Origin: Lama glama
Taxonomy: Eukaryota
Assembly (NCBI GenBank): GCA_028534125.1
Contig: CM052817.1
Location: forward strand, 17,920,001-17,984,000
Reading direction: 5' to 3'
DNA: 64,000 nucleotides
The notes below the pieces were generated by a model that was not told the origin of the DNA, ran no database searches, and saw nothing but the letters and a program-made list of their open reading frames with translations. Made by a program: the position numbers and the translations under genes. Shown one piece after another: positions 12,466 through 25,133 of this stretch (positions within the stretch are counted from its first letter, which is position 1; every line of letters begins with the position of its first letter).

Positions 12466-12989
12466 GTAAGTGATGGTGAGTGGGAAGGGACGGAGCCCCG
12501 CGGGAGCGCGGGGTGCTGCGGCTCCTCCTGCACCCAGCCGACCTAAGCCCGAGCCCGCCTCTGGTCCCTCCAGCACTGCTCCTGGGCACGGAAAAGCCTC
12601 CCTGCCAGGTGTCCGCTCCACTTTCTCAGCCTGTCGCTTGGGGTAATAGATTTTTAAGGAAGGGTGGAGCACACCACGCCTTTCTTCAGGTCAGAGAAAG
12701 GCTGGGACTGTTCATTCATACTGTAGTCCTTTACAGGGTCTAATTTTTTAAGCTGCTGAAATCAGTGGAGGTAGGCTGGGCTATACCTTCCTTCACTTTT
12801 TAGGTCCTGTAGATGGGTTTGGGCCCCCAGGTTCCTTTTGGCTTTCAAGTCATTCTATCACCTTCTTGATCTCTACCTACCTTGCAATAATTTCCCATAT
12901 AACCCAGTTTTTATTGAGAGGTTTCTCATGTGCTAGGTTCTTTGGATGCAGAGATTGCAGGAGATCTTTGCCTTTTTTGAGAAAGTCAT

Positions 12990-15900
12990 AAATAGAATCA
13001 TACAGTTTGTAAATTTTTGTGCCTGATTTCTGTCATTTTGCATTGTGCTTTTGATATTCATCCACGTTGTTGGTATGTCAGTAGTTCTCTTCCTTTTTAT
13101 TGTTGAGTAGTATTTCAGTGTTTGGATGTACTGCATTTTGTTGATCTATTCATTGATTGCTCAGCATTTTCAGTTACAGAGTTACGGGTTGCAGGCTGTA
13201 GAGATTATGAGTAAAGCTGATATATTCTTTCTGGTATAGGTTTTTGTTTAAATATTTGTCTTCCTTCTTTTGGGTAGATACCTAGGAGTGGAATTGCTGA
13301 GTTGTTTGGTAAGTGTACGTGTAATTCTATAAGAAACTGCCAGACTTTTCCAAAGTGGCTGTATCACTTTGCATTTCCACTAGCAATTTTGAGAGTTTCA
13401 GTTGCTCTACATCCTTACTTGTGCTTGATGTCAGTTTTTAATTAATTAATTTTTATTAATTACACTCCTCTAGTAGGAGTGTGATGCTATCCCATTATGG
13501 CTTTAATTGTATTTGCTTAATGACCAAAGGTTTTAGGCATCTTATCATATGTTTTTTATCTCCTTTAGTGAAGTAGTCTGTCAAAATCTTTTGCCCATTA
13601 AAAAATTGTTTGTTCTCTTATTGTTGAATTGTAAGTATTCTTTATATATGACACAAGTCCTTTATCAGAGATACATCTTCAAATATTTTCTCCCAGGCTG
13701 TGGTTTATCTTTCCATTTTCTTACCTGGGTCTTTCAAAGAGCTGAAATTTTTACTTTTGATGACATACAATTTTATCCATTTTTTTATGACATGTGCTTT
13801 TTGTGCTTTACCTAAGAATCTACACCAGGGTCTCAAAAATTTTCTTCTATGTTTTGTTCTAAAATTTTCTTCTATGTTAGCTTTTACATTTAGATGTGTG
13901 ATCCATTTTTAGTTAATTTTTGCATATGATGTAATGTAAAGATTTTTGTTTGTTTGTTTGCTTTTGTTTTTGCATGTGGATGTCCAATATTGTATCTATT
14001 TCTAGTACTTACTTGTTGACAAATCTATATTATCTCTGCTAATTTCCTAGGCACCTTTGTTGAAAATTTATTTAGTACACACACACAATTTATGACACTC
14101 TGTTTTGTTCCATTGATCTATTTATCTATTATTATGTTCATATCACACTATTCTGATTTTTGTAATTTCCTAGTAAGTTTTGAAATCAGGTGATTAGTTC
14201 TCCAACTTTGTTCCTCTTTTTCAAAATTGATTTGGCTACTCTAGGCTCTTTGCTTTACCATATAAATTTTAGAATCATCTTGTAAATTATTACAAAAACT
14301 TGCTTGGATTTGCATTGGGGTTATGTTGAATACATAGATCAATTTGGGGAGAACTGACATCTTCACAATATTGAATTTTCTAGCCTGTGAACATGCTTTA
14401 TCTCTCCATTTATTTATATCTTTGTATTTTTCTTGTCAGTGTTTTATAGTCCAGTATACAAATATTGCATATATTTTGTTAAGATTTTCCCCTAAGTATT
14501 TCATATTTTTTGATACTATTATAAATGCTGATTTTTTCTTCATTTCAGTTTTCAATTGTTTATTGTTAGTATACAGAAATATAACTGATATTTGTATATT
14601 TACTATGTATCCTGCGACCTTACTAAACTTCCTTGTTAGTTATAATAACTTCTTCCTCTCCAATATGTATACCTTTTAGTTCTTTTTCTTGCACTGGCTA
14701 GTGCCCCCAGTGCAATGTTGTATAGATACTTTTTAAAATTGAAATACAGTCAGTTACAATGTGTCAGTTTCTGGTGTAGAGTACAATGTCCCAGTCATGC
14801 ACATACATACATTTATTTGTTTTCATATTTATAGATACTTTTTATTAGGTTGAAGAAGCTCTCTTGTATTTCTGGTTTTCTTATGAATTGATGTTGAATT
14901 TTGTTAAATACTTCTTTTGTATCTGTAGATATAATATATGCTCATGATTTTTAAAAATATGTTGATATGGTTAGTATACTGATTGATTTGAATGTTGAAC
15001 CAGTTTTGCATTCCTGAGATAAATTCCACTTGGTTATGATACATTGTCCTTCTATAATTCTTGATTCAATTTGCTAATATTTTGTTGAAGATTTTATATT
15101 TTTATAATAGATATTAGTTTACAGTTTTACTTTAATATCTTTGTTTAGGTTTATATCAGGTAATGCTGATCTCTTAAATTGAGTTGAGAAGTGTTCCTCT
15201 GGCTCCTATTTTCTGGAAGAATGTGTGTAGAATTAATATTATTTCTTCCTTAAATGTTTGGTAGAATTCCCACTAATGTTATTGGGGCCTGCAGTATTCT
15301 CTGTGGGAACATATTAAATAAAAAATTTCACTTAAAAAACATGTGCAAGGCCATTCAGGTTATTTATCTTGTTAAATGTTCCATGTGCACTTGAAAAGCA
15401 TGAGCATTCTGCTGTTGCTGTTCCACACATGTCAGTTAGGTCAAGTAGATAGACAGTTTTGCTCCACAGCCCTGCTGAGTGTGGAGGCTTCAGTCAGTAC
15501 AGCCAAGAGTCAAGCTAGGCTTGAGTTTTGTTATTGTTGTCATTAGCTTCAGTGTGCCACAGGCTTCAAATTCAGTGGGTTCCTGTAACTTCGTGGGGCC
15601 ACAAAGAATTCTGCAGGCCCCAATAACTCCCTGGGGTACTGAGGGTTTTTCTCAGTGTTTCTACTACGTCCTCGGCTTTCCTTTGTCTCTGCTCGCCTGT
15701 GCCACAGAGGGAAGTCTCTCTCCATCCTCTGATCCCTTCCTCAGCAGTCGTCTGTTGTTTGTTACTCAGTCTTAAAGTTCACTGTAGGTACAGGCATTCT
15801 GTTTTCCTGGTCCTGTTTTAGTCCAGGTGCGCTGGGGATGGGTCTTTGACTGTGCTCATTTCTCTTCTGCTTTTGGCAGCCAGACTCTGCCTTGTGGCAG

Positions 15901-18330
15901 GTGACGGGTGAAGGAGAGACTCCTGCCCTTCCCTAGTGCTGGTTTACCTCTACTTTATACTGGTGTAAGATTCTGGGCCTGCGAGAGTTTTCTTACCTTT
16001 CCATGAGGAAGACAGTTTTTGTATCCATCTCACCCCCAGAAGCAATGAATTGTTGTCTCCCCTAGAGGTTTAAGGCCTTTTCCTCAAATGGGAGGAGAGT
16101 TTGGGCAAGGTGGCACTGTTGTATGCTTGTTTTGTAATGGTAACCTATCCTCTCTTGCACACCTGTGCCACAGAAAGGGGCTCTCTGCAGTTCCCTGCTC
16201 TGCCCCCGATATTTTGTGTGAGCACCTGGTGGAGACCCATGGAAAAGAGCACGCAAGCGAGTATGAATTCCCCTTGTGTTTTGAGCTCCCAGTGTTTCTA
16301 AACTGACATGCTAACCCACAGCTAGTCCATAAGGGACTTAAAATTTTAGCTGATTTCTTCCTTCTTGCTGGTATGGTAGCTTCCTTTTCTTTCTGTGCTT
16401 TGCCAAGCATGAAGTAGTTTGGAATCCCATCTCTTTGAAGGGGCTTGTTACTCTTTGGAATTTGGTTCACACAGTTGTCTTAAAACTTCATTTTTCTGAT
16501 GGGTTCAAAGTTATGATTTTGTAGATTATATAGCTTTTTCTTACTGTTCGGGTGGGAGTGACATTTCTTGTTAAGGCTTTCCACATCCTGTGCATTAGCC
16601 GAACTTGGTTATAAGTGTTGAAGGATTGCATTTATGTCTGTGGACAAGATTGGTCTGTAAGTTTTCTTTCTTGTAATGTCTTTGACAAGTTTTATATCAA
16701 GGTTATGCTGGCCTGATAAAATTGTAGGAAAGCGTTCCCTCTTTGTTTGTCTTCTGTTTGCTATAAGAGTGTTATAAGAGTGTGTTTTTTCTTTCTTAAA
16801 TGTTGGAAAGAATTCTCCATTGAACCCTGTGTCTCAGATTTTCTTTTGGGAAAATTTTTTTGTTTTGTTTTGTTTCAAATTAGTTGACTATTTTTTAGAA
16901 TGGTTTTAGGCTTCCAGAAAAATTGAGCAGAAGGTACAGAGTTCCCATACATCCTCTCTCCTTAGACACAGTTTCCCATATTATTAACATCTTGCATTTG
17001 TTAGTGTGGTACATTTGTTACTACTGGTGAGCTAATCAGTATCAATACATTATTATTAGATTAAGTCCACAGTTTACATTAGGGTTTGTCCTTGCAGAGG
17101 AGTGAAACCTGTATGTGGGTTCTGTGGGTTTTGACAAATGTATAATACCATGTATCTCCTATTCCAGTATCTTACACAGTAGTTTCACTGCCCTAAAAAT
17201 CCTCTGTGCCCCACCTACTCATTCCTCCCTCTTCTCCCAAGCCCCTGGCAACCACTTGGTTTTTTACTGACTCTATAGTTTTGCCTTTAAGAATGTGGTA
17301 TAATTGGAATCATACAGTATGTAGCATTTTCAAAGTGGCTTCTTTCACGTATCAATGTGTATTAATTTACTGTATGTCTTTTTGTGTCTTGATAGCCTTT
17401 TTCTCTCTGAATAATATTTATTGTGTGAATGTATCAGTTTGTTTATGCATCCACCTACCTATTGAAGGACATCTTGGTTGCTTCCAAGTTTGACAGTTAT
17501 AAATAGGACTACTGTAAACATTATGGGTAGATTTTTGTATTGACATAAATTTTCAACGAACTTGGGTAAATACCAAGGAACCTGATTCCTGGATTCTATT
17601 CATCTGTTTGTCTATTTTTTCAGCATTACGCACTGTCTTGATTTTGGTAGCTTTATAATAAGTTGAAGTTGTCAGTCCTCCAACTTTGTCCTTCAATATT
17701 GTGTTGGTAAGATTTTAAGGAAGAAATTAAATTTTAATAGATATAGAAGTATTCAGATTTTCTGTATCTTCTATTGTCAGTTTTGATAAGTTGTGTTTTT
17801 CAAAGAATTTGTTTATTTCATTTAAATGATATAAATTATTGATTAAAGTTGTTTATAATGAACTTTTCTTTCTTTTTAATGTATGAAAAGTCTATCACAA
17901 TTTCTGATAATGAAAATTTGTGTGCATGTATATCTTTGAAACAGTTTTGCTGTAGGTTTATCAATTTTACTAATCTCATCAAAGAACCAATTTTGGCTTT
18001 GCTGATTTTCTCTTAATTTTGGATCATATCTTTATTACTAATTTTCTCCTACTATCTTGGGGATTGATTTGCTGTTCTCTTCTTTTTTTTTAGTTTCTTG
18101 AGATAGAAGCTTAGATCATAGTTTTCAAGACTTTTTTCTTTTCTAAAATATATTTAAGGTTATGATTTTTCCCCTAAGCATTACTTTAACTACATTCCAC
18201 TGTTTTAATGAGTCATAATTTTACTGTCCTTTTGTTTAAAACATTCCGTAATTTTTTTTGTCATTTTAAAAATTTGGTCCAAGGGTTATCCTGAAGTACA
18301 TTGCTTAATTTCCAAGCAGTTGAGATATTT
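12990..18330 (-). mobile_element. Mosaic of ancient L1M (L1MB/MC/MD-like) fragments in intron 1
   Basis: T-rich + strand with reversed L1 3' UTR/ORF2 motifs; ORF 12933..13136 gives KYYSTIKR...TTWMNIK. Nested L1MC-like 3' end at about 16880-17600. Confidence 0.8.
14736..14829 (-). mobile_element. Very short young L1 3' tip
   Basis: aattgaaatacagtcagttacaatgtgtcagtttctggtgt matches the reverse of the 8170-8258 L1 end. 15-nt TSD tatagatacttttta at 14721-14735 and 14830-14844. Confidence 0.85.
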
Positions 18331-18334
18331 GCTT

Positions 18335-18855
18335 CTTTTTTGTACTTTTTTTGAAGTATAGTTGCTTTACAATATTATATAAATTAAAGGTGTACAATAT
18401 AGTGAGTCACAATTTTTAAAGGTTATACTCCATTTATAGTTATTATAAAATATTGGCTATATTCTCCATGTTGTACAGTATATCCTTGTAGCTTATTTTA
18501 TACCTAATAGTTTGAATTTGTACCTTTTAGTCTCCTACCCCTGTATTGCCCCTCCTCCCTTCCCATCCCTACTGGTGATCACTGGTTTGTTTTCTATATC
18601 TGTGAGTCTTTCTATTTTGTTATATTCACTAGTTTGTTTTATTTCTTACATTTCACATATAAGTGATATCATACTGTAATTATCTTTCTCTGTCTGACTT
18701 ATTTCATTTAGCATAATGCTCTACAAATCCATGCATGTTGCAGCAAATGCCAAATNNNNNNNNNNNNNNNNNNNNNNNNNNNNNNNNNNNNNNNNNNNNN
18801 NNNNNNNNNNNNNNNNNNNNNNNNNNNNNNNNNNNNNNNNNNNNNNNNNNNNNNN

Positions 18856-18890
<35 letters not shown>

Positions 18891-20435
18891 ACATCTTTAT
18901 CCATTCATTTGTTGATGAACTTTTAGGTTGCTTCCTTTCTTGGTGATTGTAAATAATGCTGCTGGTTTTAATTAGTGTCCTTGTTTTTTGTTTTTTTGTC
19001 GTTTTTTTTTTCCCAGATATATGCCCAGGAGTGGAATTGCTGGGTCAGGTAGTAGTTCCATTTTTAGATTTTTGAGAAACCTCCATACTGTTTTCCACAG
19101 TGACTGCACCAGTTTACACTCCCACCAACAGTGTACAAGGGTTCCCTTTTCTCCACATCCTCACCAACATTTGTGTTCTTTTTGAGGATAGTCATTCTGA
19201 CAGGTGTGAGGTGTTATCTCATTGTGATTTTGATTTGCATTTCTCTGAGGATTAGCGATGTTGAGCATCTTTTCATGTGCCTATTGATCATTTGTATGTC
19301 CTCTTTGGAAAAATGTCTATTCAGTTCTTCTGCCCATTTTTTGATTGGGTTGTTTGTTTTTTTGATGTTGAGTTGTATAAACTATTTACGTATATTGGAT
19401 ATTAATTTTTTATTGGTCATATCATTTGCAAATATTTTCTCCCATTCAGTAGGTTGTCTTTTCATTTTGTTTATGGTTTCCTTTGCTGTGCAAAAGCTTA
19501 TAAGTTTAATTAGATCATATTTTTTAATTTTTGCTTTTATTTTCTCTACTTTAGGAGAGGGATCCAAAAAAATATTGCTGTGATTTACATCAAAGAGTGT
19601 TCTGCCTGTTTTTCTCTAGGAATTATAGTATCTAGGCTTACATTTAGGTCTTTAATCCATTTTGAGTTTATTTTTGTATATTGTATTAGAGAATGTTCTA
19701 ATTTCATTCTTTTATGTGTAGCTGTCTACTTTTCCCAGAACCACTTATTGAAGAGACTGTCTTTTTCCTGTTGTATATTCTTGTCTCCTTTGTTGTAGAT
19801 TAATTGACCATGATAAGTGTGTGGGTTTACTTCTGGGCTCTCTATCCTGTTCCATTGATCTCTCTGTTTTTGTGCCAGTACCATACTGTTTTGATTACTG
19901 TAGCTTTGTAGTATAGTCTGAAGTCAAGGGGCATGATTCCTCCAGTTCCGTTTTTCTTTCTCAAGATTGTTTTGGCTATTTGGGTTCTTTTGTGTTTTCA
20001 TACAAATTTAAAAGTTTTTTATTCCAGTTCTGTGAAAAATGCCATTGGTAATTTGATAGAGATTGCATTGAATCTGTAGATTGCCTTGGGTAGTATGGTC
20101 ATTTTAACAATATTGATTCTTCCAATCCAAGAACATAGTATTTCCATCTGTTTGTGTCGTCTTCAATTTCTTTCATCAGTGTCTTCTGAGTTTTCTGAGT
20201 ATAGATTTTTTGCCTCCTTAGGTAGATTTATTTCTAGGAATTTTATTCTTTTTGATGTGATGGTAACTGGGATAGTTTCCTTAATTTTTCTTTCTGATAC
20301 TTTGTTGTTAGTGTATAGAAATGCAACAGATTTCTATGTTAATTTTGTATCCTGCAACTTCACTGAATTCATTGATGAGCTTTAGTAGTTTTCTGGTGGT
20401 GTCTTTAGGATTTTCTATGTATGGTATCATGTCAT
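18335..20435 (-). mobile_element. 5'-truncated L1 (~2.1 kb, contains a 100-N gap)
   Basis: ORF 19382..19567 [31 protein letters not shown] (ORF2); closely similar to 26861-28935. Confidence 0.92.
18756..18855. other. Assembly gap (100 N)
   Basis: N run adjacent to a (CA)n tract. Confidence 1.
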
Positions 20436-23420
20436 TGTTATTGATTTCCAGCTTAAAGTCTGTGTTGTCAGAGAACATTCTCTGACTGATTAAATTTTTA
20501 AAAATGTGTTGAGGCTTGCTTTACATTCCAGTATATAGTCAATTTTGCTGCATGTTTCTCTTGTACTTGTAAAGAATGTGTATATTGTCACTGTTGGGTC
20601 AGGTTATCTATATAAGCCACTAAGGTCCAGGTGTCAATTATGCCTTTCAGTTTTTCTATAATCTTATTGAACTTTTTTCTACTTGTTACCAGCCATTCAA
20701 AGAAATATATTTAAATCTCCCACCATGGTTATGTATTTGTCTATTTCTTTTAATGCTCTCAATTATTTTATTTTTTAATTTTAAGGCTATTTTATTGGTT
20801 GTATACAGATTTATATTGTGATATCTTCCTGTTGGATTAGCCCCTTAATCATTATGAAATGTTCTTCATTATCTCTAATAAGGTTCTTGTCCTAAAGTCT
20901 ATTTTGTCTAATGTTAGTATAGTGATAACTATACTTTTTTTTTTTTTTTTGGTTAGTGGTTGCATGGTATGATTTCTTCCATACTTTCATTTTCAGCCTT
21001 TCTGCATCAACATCATATAGTTGTTTTTAAAATCCAGGCTGACAAATATTTTAATTTTATTATTTAGTATATTTACATTTGATGAATTTACCAATATATT
21101 GGGTTTTATATTTTTGGTCTTAATATTTGTTTTTTTAAATTTGATACATTTGCCTCATATACGATTTTCTCTCTTTTCTAGCTTTCTTTTTGATTATTCA
21201 AATATTATTCAAATATATTTGTTGTTCTAATTTCATCTCCATTAATGTGATAGTTACACATTGTTTTATTGTTCTTTAAGTACCTATCATAGAGGTTATA
21301 GCATTTATTATTGATTAATTATAGTCTTGTATAAATTATTACTTTTACAATTTCCCTATAATGTAATGCTAGAACTTAGAACACTACTTATTTACACCTC
21401 TTTTCTTCTGTTATTTTTGTCACGCATTTTATTTTAAATTCCACAAGACATTGCTATTACTGTTTTGAAGCATCAGTATTTAATCAACACTTACTCATTT
21501 TTAACCAAATTTTATCCTTTTTGTTTCTCATCCTACATTTCCACATTTACCCTTGGATTATTCTTCTTCTACTATAAGCTCTTTTTTGTTATTTCTTTTA
21601 GTACAGGTTTCTTGGTGACAAGCTCCTCAGTTTTATTTGTCTGATGTCTTTTTTTTCATCTTTACTTTTGAAGGATTTTTTTTTTCCTGCACACAGATTT
21701 CAAAGTTGGCAGTAATTTTGTTTTTAGCATGTTGAGACAGACATTTGATTGTCTTTTGGCTTCTTTGTTTTCTGTCATAAAGTCAGCCATTAGGCTTTTT
21801 ATTACCCATTTAATGTGTGTCCCCAGCCCTCACCTTGGCTGTTTTAAAATTTTCTTTTTGTCTTTGTTTTTTAGCAGTCTTGTTAAGATGTACCTTGGTG
21901 TGTTGTTATTGTTCCTTGAATAATAACAATAATTTATTAATTATCAATAATATATAATAATATTATATATTACTAATAATTATAAATATGAATTTATTCT
22001 GGTTTGAGTTTCTGGGGCTTCTTAAATCTGGGATTGATATGTTTCTCCAGTTTTGGAAATCCTTGGTCATTATCTGTTCAAATATTTGTTCTGCCACATT
22101 TTTCTCTCTCCTTTCTTTCTGAGGCTCCAATTTATACATGTTATATATTTCACTGAGTTCCACTGATCTCTAGTACTCTTTTTATTTTGTATTATTTTTT
22201 TCCTTTGTGCTTCAATTTGGTTATTTTCTTTTGATCTGCTTTCAATTCACTAATCTTGTTTTATGCTATTTTACATCTCTTGTTAAATCCATCTAATGAG
22301 TTGTTATTTACATTTAGTGTATTTTTCAGTTCTGAAATTTCCAGATAGTTCTCTTTTATTGATTCCAATTCTCAGGTAAAATTATCTGCTTTTCATCTAC
22401 TTTGTCCAGTTTTTCTCTTTTAAAAAATATAACTCATAATTATTTTAAAGTCTTTGTCAGTTAACACTAATATCTGGATCACATATGGATCTCTGTCTAT
22501 GGTTATTTTATGTTATTTTATGTTATTTTCTCCTAGATTTTGTTCATCTAATTTTGTCTGTTGGCATGCCTACTAATTTTTATTTGATGCCATTGAGTCT
22601 GAAAAATTGTAATGCCTCCTTCTGATATCTTTCCTTTTTTTTCCCCCTTTGGATTTTTAAAATTTATGCTTTAATTGAAGTATTGTCAGTTTACAATGTT
22701 GTGTCAGTTTCTGGTGCACAGTATAGTGTTTCAGCCATACGTGTATATTGGGAGTTTGAGATTTGCTGATACCTTTCTTTATTGAGGGTTTACCCTCCCC
22801 TCTGCTGGGCAGATAGTCTTGTGACTGATTCCATTAATCCAATTAGGAGTGTGCTGGGTTAAGGCTGAGTTTTACTTTCAGGCTTGCTCTTCGAATGGTT
22901 CTCTCCTGGCTCTCCTAAGTTTTCAACAAATAATTTGATAAATTCTAAGGATCATTTTCTCTCTTGGGTCCTGAATGCTAACGTTCTTCTTGTCAGACTG
23001 CTAAAAAACTTTTTCACAGGTTTTCTGGTTAGGTTTTTAGTCTTCCACCCGACAGAGTTCTAGTGTTTAAAAAATTGCTTGAGAAAACTGGCCATGTGCG
23101 TAAGATCTTAAGTCTCTGCCAAAGCTCTGCTTATTTCTCTGTCCATCCTATGAGCCCTCCATCAGGCTTTGTACTGGGTTTGACCTGATTCTTGATTTTT
23201 TTGCTCATGCTCAGAGTAACGATCCCAAGGAAAACATGGCTGCAGAAGGCAGTTTGCCTCACAGGATTTTTCCCTTACTGTTCACTCCAATTCTTGTTCT
23301 CTCAGCAACCCTCTTCTGTCCTCAAATGGTTGGATTTTTGTTTGCTTGTTTGTTTGGCTCTACTGGTTTTTCTACATAGGGATGCTGACCAGCCACCAGC
23401 TCCCCCATACAACTTGGAAA
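20436..23420 (-). mobile_element. Continuation of ancient L1M (endonuclease, ORF1 and 5' remnants)
   Basis: ORF 21963..22163 resembles decayed ORF1 (AEQIFEQIMTKDFQNW). Confidence 0.7.
22634..22765 (-). mobile_element. Short young L1 3' tip with 5' inversion
   Basis: T tail and antisense L1 tip to 22748, then sense L1 3' UTR tgggagtttgagatttg. TSD ctgata(t/c)ctttc at 22622-22633 and 22766-22777. Confidence 0.75.
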
Positions 23421-23509
23421 TATAGGGCCTGTTTTGTGAGGATTGAACAAGATAATATGCCTGGCACATAGTGCTCGGTAAATAGAAGCCTGATTGTTCT
23501 TTAAAAGTT

Positions 23510-23870
23510 GGAATGAGGTATCACTCCTTTGTTAAAAACCCTTCAGTCCTTCTCACTGCCCTTAGAAAAATGCACAAAGTCCTTAATTAGGCCTAAAAGC
23601 TTGACAGCACTCTTCTTCACCCTCTACCCTTCAGCCATGACTGTCTAAGTTTTATAGGTCTTTAGTAACCTCCCAGTTTAATTTAGGTACTCCATTTTTG
23701 GTGATCCACAGTACCTGGAACTTTAGCTTTTGTATTATTTATATGTTTGCCTTCCCCACTAAATCTGAGTTTCATGAAGGCAGGAAAAGACTGTGTCTTT
23801 CTTGGTCTACTGTCTTCTACACCTAGCATAATGACTGGCGTGAGGAAGGTGCTCAGCATTAAATGGAATA
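23510..23870 (+). mobile_element. L2 fragments
   Basis: tcactcctttgttaaaaacccttcagt; catgaaggcagg...cctagcataatgactggc...gtgctcagcattaaatggaataaat. Confidence 0.6.
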
Positions 23871-24423
23871 AATCTCAATTCTTCTTTTTTAATGCTCATT
23901 CTAACAATATATATATTGAGTACCTACTATGTGCTAGACACTTTGCTAGTGATAAAAATTTTCTAAAAGCCTTCTTACCTTAAGGAATTCAAAGTTTGAT
24001 GTGGGACTCTGCTTTTCTTTAAAAATGTTTTTCTTTTAAATATTTCTTTTTATTCTGATTTGGAATCTAATAAGTTAATAACTATTTCTCAATTTTATAA
24101 GATAGCTTGAAGTTCCAGAAAGAAAGCAGTAATGAAAAAAACTGTTTTCAAAGCTCTTTGTATTTTAGAATTGCAAGTAAGAGATTTAAGACCTATATAA
24201 ACTATAACTTTATTTGGAGATGACCACCTTGAAGAAATATTTTTGTTCCTTTTTGTTTTGAACTCTACTTGTATTAATTCAGTGTAATTATTTATTTGAT
24301 TATTCAATAAGTGTTTATTGAGTATTTACTATGTGTCAGGCACAGTTCTAGGCCAGGGGATATAACAATGAATAAAAATAAAGTTCTCCCCTCATGGAGC
24401 GATCATAGTATTACAAATAAAAA

Positions 24424-24758
24424 CAGGTCCACAATTCCTTATCCAAAACCTCGAGGCAGATATGTTTGGGAATTCAGATTTTTCAAATTTTAGAAATTCA
24501 TGCATATTTTGTATGTTATTTAATATCTCTACCATTATCTTATATTACCTTGTAATTAAACCTTGTAATTAATATTTATGCAGCAAAATGTATGAATTTT
24601 AACACTAAGTGTGATAAATAAGGGCTATAAATAGTCTCATATCAATTCAGGTCAGATCAGATTTTGCCAACAAATGAGTACAAGTCAGGACAGATTTTGC
24701 CACCAATTCAGTTATGAAGAAAACTTTGGAATTTCAAATAAATGATTATGTATCTATA
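24424..24758. mobile_element. TcMar-Tigger non-autonomous DNA transposon (MER46/Tigger4-like)
   Basis: Begins caggtccacaattccttatccaaaacc...gggaattcaga; degraded inverted terminus near 24735-24758. Confidence 0.6.
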
Positions 24759-25075
24759 CATATAACCTCAGGCAGTTAATTGCCTTGCTGTAATAAAAAA
24801 TAGAGCAGGGAAGGAAAAATAAAGGCAGGGAAAGGAGATAGTTACATGGGAAACTCAAAAACATGTATTAGGCTGATTCTTAAGATAAAATAAAAGATAT
24901 ATAATATTATAGATTCATATTTTTAAAAATATAATTATAAATCATTTAAAACTAATACAGTCTTGGGTTGAAAAAAATATGTAGTAACAACTTTGCTTTA
25001 GTTTATATCCAGTAGCTCAGACATTTAATAGAAATCATCTAACTCTTAAAAGCAACCTTACAATCAGCTTTGATA

Positions 25076-25133
25076 ATATACTTTTAAATAGTTGCCTGTT
25101 CGTTATATACTTTTAAATAGTTGCCTGTTCGTT
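25076..25133. repeat. Perfect 29-bp tandem duplication
   Basis: atatacttttaaatagttgcctgttcgtt x2. Confidence 0.95.

Larger units (their letters stand above)
12130..12680 (+). promoter_or_regulatory. TBC1D19: CpG-island promoter / 5' UTR of TBC1D19
   Basis: Only CpG-dense, GC-rich stretch in the window; surrounds exon 1. ETS-like core CTTCCG at 12146; no upstream ATG between 12140 and 12366. Confidence 0.85.

Noticed and set aside
12178..12743. ORFs of 81-164 aa over the promoter
   Set aside because: Expected by-product of GC-rich sequence; the true exon 1 is in a different frame.
21920..21995. AT-only stretch with palindromic character
   Set aside because: Low-complexity expansion within a decayed L1; no specific structure supportable.
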